This document shows, piece after piece, positions 57,734-64,000 of a stretch of DNA of 64,000 nucleotides. The notes below the pieces were generated by a model. The model made no database searches. It saw only the letters and a program-made list of their open reading frames with translations, and had not been told where the DNA came from. The stretch comes from an uncultured candidate division Zixibacteria bacterium. Its GTDB lineage: Bacteria > Zixibacteria > MSB-5A5 > RBG-16-43-9. How positions within the stretch are numbered: position 1 is the stretch's first letter; the number at the start of each line of letters is the position of its first letter. Position numbers and translations under genes: made by a program. The stretch lies in the NCBI GenBank assembly GCA_963713865.1, contig OY970208.1, positions 1 through 64,000 of the forward strand, written 5' to 3'.

Positions 57734-59962
57734 CTATTCGCGAATAACCACGATTTTACCAGAACAGCTGCCTCGCTGGTCATCGTACAAAAGAAAAAGG
57801 TAAATCCCTGATGCCACCAATTTCCCTGCCCGATTCCTCAGATCCCATTCCTTGCCAATCCCTCCGATTTTAGATTCAGCCTCTGCTACCCAATCGCCAG
57901 CTACCGTATATATCCTGATTCTGGTTTCAAGCGGGACATCAAAAGTTACTTTTTCTTCCCCACTTCTTATAACTACCGGGTTAGGATAAGGGTGGACCTG
58001 ACAGAGATTCTCTGCTGGAACTTTATACTGATAAGAGGAAAGTCCATTCTCAGTTCCTATCCACACCCTTCCTCTTTTACCATCTATATTTATGAAATTA
58101 ATCTGGTCGTCCACCAATTTACTATTGGTCGTGGTGAATACAAAGACAAAGGAATCCAGATCGTTCATCACCCCTACACCGTTAACCGTGCCAATCCATT
58201 TGTTGTTCATCTCATCCACTGCTATACAATTCACCTGAGGACCTAAAGGCTCTGGCATCTGTACTCCTCTGAACCTGCGAATATCCGGGTCATACCTATC
58301 TAATCCTGCATTAGTCCCTACCCAGAGGCTCCCCTTCAGGTCTATTATAACAGATTTGACTTCACTTCCGGAGAGATAATCTTCTGCCTGGGTATAATAG
58401 TGTAAGGTGTCATCCCTTTTATCCTGGACTGTACCCATATAATCAAGAAAACCCAAACCGGCATTCCGGTGACAGATCCATAGATGCCCTCCTTCAGCGT
58501 AAAGTGAGTTTATCAGACTATCTCTTATCCCGTCTGAAATAAGATATGGTGTCCAGATGTTATTCTGTAAAGCCACCACGCGTCTTCCTTCTATCGCTTC
58601 CCAATTAGCTATCCATTTAGCTCCAGCCCTATCCACCACTACATCACTTACCACCGTGTATAAAGGATTAGGATGAATGGGTCTCAGCTCGCTATTGCTG
58701 GAATCAAACCTGGACCAGGTTCCCTGTGAATCTAATCTGAAAAGCCCATCCCCAAAGGAACCAAACCAAACATTTCCTTCAAGGTCTAATGCCACACATG
58801 CCATCCAGGGCCAGCGTGTAACAAGGGAATCACTAAAAAGGGTATGTAGAGTATCCTGAAATGCTATCCAGTTCACCCCATCAAAGGAAGAGCATCCTGA
58901 ATTCCAGTTTGAACACCAGAGCTTGCCACCCTCATCCACAGCTATTTTATTAAAGATATTTCCAGGAGGACCATCGATTTCGAAGTTTGTCCAGAAGGAA
59001 TTAGCATAAACTGAAATCCCGGACCCTTCGGTCCCTACCCAGATTTTATCGGAATTATCGATTCTTACTGAGTTTAGATTACCGTTCTTTAAACTATCCA
59101 TGTTAACTTGAGACCAGTTTCCATTTTCATAAACATAGACCCCCCAGCTTGTAGCGGTGAAAATTCTACCTGAGTTATAAACTAAATCGCGCACTATAAG
59201 ATTGTCCAATCCCCAAAAAGTCCAGCTTGAATCTGTGCTATTAAATTTAAAAACTCCATCTTTCGTTCCGATATAGACTTCTTCGTTAACATTTAAAATA
59301 GTAAGGATAGAATCGTTGGAAAGTCCTCTTTGACCAGCTACAAAGGAATACCAGTGAGAATAATCTAAGAGATTAGGATCGTCCTTAGGAGCAAAAGCTA
59401 CTCCTTTAGCTGACCCCACCCAAACCTTTGTGGGTGTAAGGGCAATTGAATTGACTTCGGTTTCCTCATCTATATTTCCGAAATGCCGATAAGTTTCCTT
59501 TATTTCCCCTTCGTTTCTGTAAATTAAAAAAAGGCTTACTCCTTTGTTCAACCCCACCCAGAGTTTGTCTTCATCCGGGGCAATATATTTTACATTAAGT
59601 CTTGTTCCGTCCCGGTCGATGAAATCATAAACCCGTAAGGCGAACCCTTCTGAATCGTATTTAGTTAATGTCCCATTCTTAGCTCCAAACCAGAAATTTC
59701 CGGCTGTATCAACTGCAACAGAATAAAGATAATTCCCACCCAAATCTTCCACATTGGTAATCTTCTGATAGGTGTTATCGAAAGTTTTAAATTTTATCAA
59801 CCCTCCAGTAGTAGCCACCCAGAGGAAGCTATCTTTTAAAAGGAGCTGTTTAGCATAATTCATATTAGTATAAGTAGCCCAATCCCCCACTGTAGAATAA
59901 ACCGGACTCGAAAAGATTAAAACCCAGAACCAAATATAAATTAGTCTTTTCATTTTTATCAC
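57734..59962 (-). CDS. PorZ-like beta-propeller protein with C-terminal sorting (CTD/FlgD-like) domain
   Basis: Signal peptide, repeated LWxGT.xG propeller blades, YPNP...IRIYTVAG...WDLRN..G.LVASGIY...GKIVVIR. Confidence 0.8.
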   Translation of the reverse strand: MIKMKRLIYIWFWVLIFSSPVYSTVGDWATYTNMNYAKQLLLKDSFLWVATTGGLIKFKTFDNTYQKITNVEDLGGNYLYSVAVDTAGNFWFGAKNGTLTKYDSEGFALRVYDFIDRDGTRLNVKYIAPDEDKLWVGLNKGVSLFLIYRNEGEIKETYRHFGNIDEETEVNSIALTPTKVWVGSAKGVAFAPKDDPNLLDYSHWYSFVAGQRGLSNDSILTILNVNEEVYIGTKDGVFKFNSTDSSWTFWGLDNLIVRDLVYNSGRIFTATSWGVYVYENGNWSQVNMDSLKNGNLNSVRIDNSDKIWVGTEGSGISVYANSFWTNFEIDGPPGNIFNKIAVDEGGKLWCSNWNSGCSSFDGVNWIAFQDTLHTLFSDSLVTRWPWMACVALDLEGNVWFGSFGDGLFRLDSQGTWSRFDSSNSELRPIHPNPLYTVVSDVVVDRAGAKWIANWEAIEGRRVVALQNNIWTPYLISDGIRDSLINSLYAEGGHLWICHRNAGLGFLDYMGTVQDKRDDTLHYYTQAEDYLSGSEVKSVIIDLKGSLWVGTNAGLDRYDPDIRRFRGVQMPEPLGPQVNCIAVDEMNNKWIGTVNGVGVMNDLDSFVFVFTTTNSKLVDDQINFINIDGKRGRVWIGTENGLSSYQYKVPAENLCQVHPYPNPVVIRSGEEKVTFDVPLETRIRIYTVAGDWVAEAESKIGGIGKEWDLRNRAGKLVASGIYLFLLYDDQRGSCSGKIVVIRE

Positions 59963-59978
59963 CTTATCGTCTCACTTC

Positions 59979-61484
59979 TCACATCTTACGTCTTACTATT
60001 CTTAAAATACTATACGCTAAAACCAAAACAGAAACCAAAGAAACCCCTTTTGCAAACCAGTCCCCATATCTGGTATAGAAAGTGACCTCTTTTCTTTTGG
60101 AAATATTCCCAGTTAATATATCCTGGACGTAGATTTTAGTTTTTTGCTTAATTCTACCATAAGGGTCAACCAACATCGAGACTCCGGTATTGGCACATCT
60201 GGCAATGCTAATCCGGTTTTCAATTGCCCTGTAAACATTTATCTGGGCATGTTGAAAAGGTCCGCTGGTCTTTCCCCACCAGCCATCATTGGTTATGTTC
60301 ACCAGGAAATCTGCTCCTCTTAACACGAATTTTCGAACTAAATCCGGGAAAACCGCTTCAAAGCAAATCAAAGAGGCAAACTTCCCTTTGGGATTATCAA
60401 AGATAACGTAATCTTTTCCCGGAGTATAATCCGAAATGCCAAATTTTATCTTATAGAGCCAGCCCAGGACATTGGTATATGGCACCCATTCGGATATCGG
60501 AACCAAATGTATTTTATTGTATACTCCGAGATTATCCTGAAAGGGAATGCTAAAACTTTCAGGTACAAAATAAAAAGCGGAGTTAAAGTAAAGATATTTC
60601 CCTTTCTCGATATATTCATAATCATTAGTCCCTAAAACCAGCGGAGTCTGCAGGGAATCAACTAAAGATTTAATCAAGGAAAAATATTTAGGCTCAGCCT
60701 TAAGATAACAGGGAGCTGCAGTCTCCGGCCATAAGATCAGGTCAACCTTTTGAGAAACCTTTTTGGTCATATCTACAAAAACTTTAAAGTTATAATCCAG
60801 AAACTTCTCATCCCATTTAATATCCTGGGGTATATTCCCCTGAATTAAGGCTACACTTATCTTTTCACTATTTTCTTTTTGATTCAAAACCGTCTTCCCG
60901 TAAAAATACGGAATTAAAAACAAAAGTAAAACCATAGCCATATAAGTTAAAACCTTCTTAGGATAACCGAAATTTTTAATAAATAAAAATATAAGCAGAT
61001 TAATCCAAACGATCCAGAAGGATACACCATAGTTCCCTATTAAAGAAGCATATTGAATTAAACTTAGATAGTAGGTCTGGGTATAAGATAGATTTAGCCA
61101 GGGAAAACCTATGTCATAGAGTGACCTTCCATATTCCATTAAAATCCATAAAAAAGGCATAAAGAAAATAGCTTTTTCTTTAAAGCTTTTTTGAACCCAG
61201 GAATAGAATAGAAAAAGTAAGGCAGTATAAAAAGATAAAGCCAAAATCGCTCCTATAACTCCCGGAAGCGTCGCCCAGGCAATCCAGAATAGAAGCAGAG
61301 AATTAGTAACCAGCCCCCAGATATAACCCAGTTTAAAAGACTCCCACCCACTCTTATCCTCTAAAGCAAAAAACAGAAAAACTAAAGCAAAATAAGCCAG
61401 AAACCCCGAAGGAAAAGGAGGAAAGGATAATGAGAATAAAATAGCGGAGATTGAAATAAAAAGAAGAGTTTTTTTAGAGGTCAT
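59979..61484 (-). CDS. lnt: apolipoprotein N-acyltransferase
   Basis: GFPW, QGNIPQ..KW, WPETA, YNKIHLVP, ICFE, NITNDGW, RAIEN, ANTGVS. Confidence 0.95.
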   Translation of the reverse strand: MTSKKTLLFISISAILFSLSFPPFPSGFLAYFALVFLFFALEDKSGWESFKLGYIWGLVTNSLLLFWIAWATLPGVIGAILALSFYTALLFLFYSWVQKSFKEKAIFFMPFLWILMEYGRSLYDIGFPWLNLSYTQTYYLSLIQYASLIGNYGVSFWIVWINLLIFLFIKNFGYPKKVLTYMAMVLLLFLIPYFYGKTVLNQKENSEKISVALIQGNIPQDIKWDEKFLDYNFKVFVDMTKKVSQKVDLILWPETAAPCYLKAEPKYFSLIKSLVDSLQTPLVLGTNDYEYIEKGKYLYFNSAFYFVPESFSIPFQDNLGVYNKIHLVPISEWVPYTNVLGWLYKIKFGISDYTPGKDYVIFDNPKGKFASLICFEAVFPDLVRKFVLRGADFLVNITNDGWWGKTSGPFQHAQINVYRAIENRISIARCANTGVSMLVDPYGRIKQKTKIYVQDILTGNISKRKEVTFYTRYGDWFAKGVSLVSVLVLAYSILRIVRRKM

Positions 61485-61530
61485 TAGAAACCATAAAGAC
61501 GTATCGAATGCGTCTCTTTAATTTTTTTAA

Positions 61531-62100
61531 TTACTCTTTTCTGCTTTTATTATTCTGATTTTCCTCATCCAATTGCCATTTCAATGGGTTGTATAAAATA
61601 TATTCCCTGATCTCATGCAATTCTTTTTCATTTCTGATAATATGGTCATAAAATCTGGATTGCCAGGCAAAATTAACAAATCCCTTCTTGTGAATTTTTC
61701 TGACCGTTGCTGATTTAAATCCACGAATGACGTTTGATAAATTGCTCCTTTGTAGAGATGCATTGAATGCATCTCCAAAAGGTATATGCCGGTGTAGAGA
61801 CGCATGGCCATGCGTCTCTACGTTGTTTTCGTTCTGTATTATAACAATCCCGTGCAAATGATTGGGCATTATCACCCATTCATCCAATTTCACATAACCC
61901 CTAATTTTTTCACTATTCTGCCATTCTTCAGCAACTATTTCCCCAATCTCTGACAATTGCATCTTATCACCTATAATATCACCTAAGAAATGTTTTTTGT
62001 CCTTGGTACAGATTGTAACAAAATAATACCCATAGCGAGAATAATCCCAGTCTTTTAGGCGGGTGGATTCAATGCGGTATTGGTTTTTGAATAAGGTCAT
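61531..62100 (-). CDS. REP-associated tyrosine (HUH Y1) transposase, RAYT
   Basis: RL..WDYS..GYYFVTICT, MPNHLHG (HUH), WQSRFYDHIIR, YILYNP; REP palindromes inside and just downstream. Confidence 0.92.
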   Translation of the reverse strand: MTLFKNQYRIESTRLKDWDYSRYGYYFVTICTKDKKHFLGDIIGDKMQLSEIGEIVAEEWQNSEKIRGYVKLDEWVIMPNHLHGIVIIQNENNVETHGHASLHRHIPFGDAFNASLQRSNLSNVIRGFKSATVRKIHKKGFVNFAWQSRFYDHIIRNEKELHEIREYILYNPLKWQLDEENQNNKSRKE

Positions 62101-62179
62101 TTAAAATTTACTTTTAAAAAGAAATTATGATTGCTTCAAAGTATAAAATATATGTCTATATAAATATTTCATTAAAGAT

Positions 62180-64000
62180 TTAACTTGTACATTTTTGTCT
62201 AAAAGAGACAGACCTAAGATATTTTTGAAAATCATTTTTGTTACCTAAATTCATTAAACCTTCTTTTTTTGTATATTTGTTAGATTCCAAATGTGCTTCT
62301 GGTAAGTAATTAAGAAAGTCATGTTCTTTTATTGATCCTCCACATTTTAACGCTGTTATGATATGGAGGCTTTTTCTAGCACGCCCCATGGCGACATAAA
62401 AAGCATTTGTTGTTGTATATTTCATATTGCAGTCATCACAACCCACTATTATTACATGGTCTGCTGATAATCCTTTTGAACTAACTATGGTCATCATCTC
62501 AATTGCATTCATTCTGCTGATTTCTCTAACATCAGCACTTATTTCTTCAATACTTTCCAGTTCTTCTTTAGCTTTCTTAATACACCAATGTTCAATGTCT
62601 TTTTTTAGGTGGTCTCTATTACTTATAGATATATGTTCTGAAAGAATATCGATCTTTTTGTCTAAAGAGATTTTGCAATTATCAAGAATCTTTTTGATAT
62701 TTTCACATTTATTCAATATGTTTTTTACCTTTTCACTGTCTATTTTACAAAAGTCTATTTCATTTTGAGTTGTCTTTATAATTAATTCATATACCTGTTT
62801 AATAGTATATTTCTCATGGTATAATACTTTTCTAAAAAGAAAATTATCCTGCGTTTGATCCACCAGTGAATAATAATCTAAAATCTTATAAAAATCTTCA
62901 GAAAATTCTCTTGTTTCAACTTTGTAGTCTGCAATAATCTGATGAATTTCTTCTTTAAACTTTCCAAAGAAATCAATCTTCTTATCTGGCGTTAAAATAA
63001 GTAAGAAAGCATCTTTTTCTTTTTCATTTTCTAAGTTTGTTTTTCTCTCATCAATCTCCCCCTTATGTTCCGCAATAAAACACTTTATATAGTGAACTGC
63101 ACTGGAAGGTGTAGCACAAGCCACTAATTGAACTTTTTGTACATTTTGGTTTATTTTGCAAGGTAAAAAAATCTTTTCGATTCGATTTGGATCACTAAAT
63201 TGCTGAATAAAATAAGCCACTGTTTTTGTAATATGAAAACTATTCCTGCTACAAAAAGGTAACATTGCTTTTGCAAAATCTTCATTTTTGTAAAGTTCTC
63301 GTATCAAAGCGGCTCTTCCGCATTTAAGTCTTTCATAAAGAACTTGGTCATCGTCTCCCACAATAAGTAATCCTTCAGAGTTTTTAACTAATTGACGAAT
63401 CAAGCTATTTTCTGCCGAGTTAAAATCTTGATATTCATCGATAATAAAAAAATTGTCTTCATTAAGTTGGCTATTTTCTTCTAAAGCAACCCTCGCTCTT
63501 ATTATTAAGTCTGCAAAACCTGTAGCATTGTAAAATTTACATAACTCAAAATATGTCTGTCTTAATCGTTGCCATTCCACTGATTGGTTAAATTCGTTAT
63601 TATATAATTGCTCCTTAAATTTCTTAAAGTTGTAATCATTCTGATCAAGTTTAGGATGAAATGCAAGCACATCTTCCCAGACAATTTTTTCCCATGTTGG
63701 TCCTGTTATTATTTTGAAATAAGTTTTAAATGGCCACTCAGATGTTCCACAATTTTTTTCGACAATACTACGCGCAAATTTGTGTAACGTAAATACTGTA
63801 ATTTGCTTTTTCTGCTTATCAGTTAGCTCCTGTTCCTTGTTTATGGCACCATTTAAATCCTCTGCCAGTTTTTTAACAAAAGTTGTGACAAAAACCTTAG
63901 CGTCTGGATTTTTCTTAAGCCAATATTTAATCCGGTCTAAAAACAGAAGTGTTTTACCTGTCCCAGGTCCTGAAACAATTAATAATTTTTGAGACTTAGT
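62180..64000 (-). CDS. UvrD/Rep-like superfamily 1 helicase (N-terminus beyond window)
   Basis: Frame stays open upstream of the track start, through LLIVSGPGTGKT (Walker A, ~63950-63985); IIDEYQD, VGDDDQ, MTIVSSKGL, FYVAMGRAR; very AT-rich. Confidence 0.85.
   Translation of the reverse strand, partial: TKSQKLLIVSGPGTGKTLLFLDRIKYWLKKNPDAKVFVTTFVKKLAEDLNGAINKEQELTDKQKKQITVFTLHKFARSIVEKNCGTSEWPFKTYFKIITGPTWEKIVWEDVLAFHPKLDQNDYNFKKFKEQLYNNEFNQSVEWQRLRQTYFELCKFYNATGFADLIIRARVALEENSQLNEDNFFIIDEYQDFNSAENSLIRQLVKNSEGLLIVGDDDQVLYERLKCGRAALIRELYKNEDFAKAMLPFCSRNSFHITKTVAYFIQQFSDPNRIEKIFLPCKINQNVQKVQLVACATPSSAVHYIKCFIAEHKGEIDERKTNLENEKEKDAFLLILTPDKKIDFFGKFKEEIHQIIADYKVETREFSEDFYKILDYYSLVDQTQDNFLFRKVLYHEKYTIKQVYELIIKTTQNEIDFCKIDSEKVKNILNKCENIKKILDNCKISLDKKIDILSEHISISNRDHLKKDIEHWCIKKAKEELESIEEISADVREISRMNAIEMMTIVSSKGLSADHVIIVGCDDCNMKYTTTNAFYVAMGRARKSLHIITALKCGGSIKEHDFLNYLPEAHLESNKYTKKEGLMNLGNKNDFQKYLRSVSFRQKCTS

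Overview
Low-GC chromosomal segment of a diderm bacterium. The gene repertoire (LpxC-FabZ fusion, dockerin-domain protein, kinase-TPR paralogs, mcsA-mcsB-clpC, PorZ-like protein) suggests FCB-related candidate Zixibacteria; this is an inference. From left to right: a partly decayed gas-vesicle cluster, a degraded IS256-family element, comM/yifB, a run of small accessory genes, an M16 peptidase, then a long minus-strand housekeeping tract (guaA, nadB, lipid A/Kdo genes, two-subunit Fe-S fumarase, rpmA, clpC-mcsB-mcsA, lolD/lolCE, two Ser/Thr kinases, lysS, sdhDCAB). Next come an intact IS1202-like (ISNCY) element with a 16-bp target duplication, a B12 radical SAM gene, glycosyltransferases, lnt, a REP-associated tyrosine transposase (RAYT) and a truncated SF1 helicase. 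The most striking non-coding signal is a dense set of palindromic repeats: several GTAG/GGAG-tagged REP families, TGTC-tagged long palindromes and mini-hairpins. They repeatedly sit inside one another's hairpin loops, enter coding sequence in frame, and border apparent gene insertions, including a triplicated clpC 3' end around a dockerin gene. Several genes carry single-base frameshifts at two recurring sequence motifs, most likely systematic sequencing errors. I found no CRISPR array, tRNA or rRNA.
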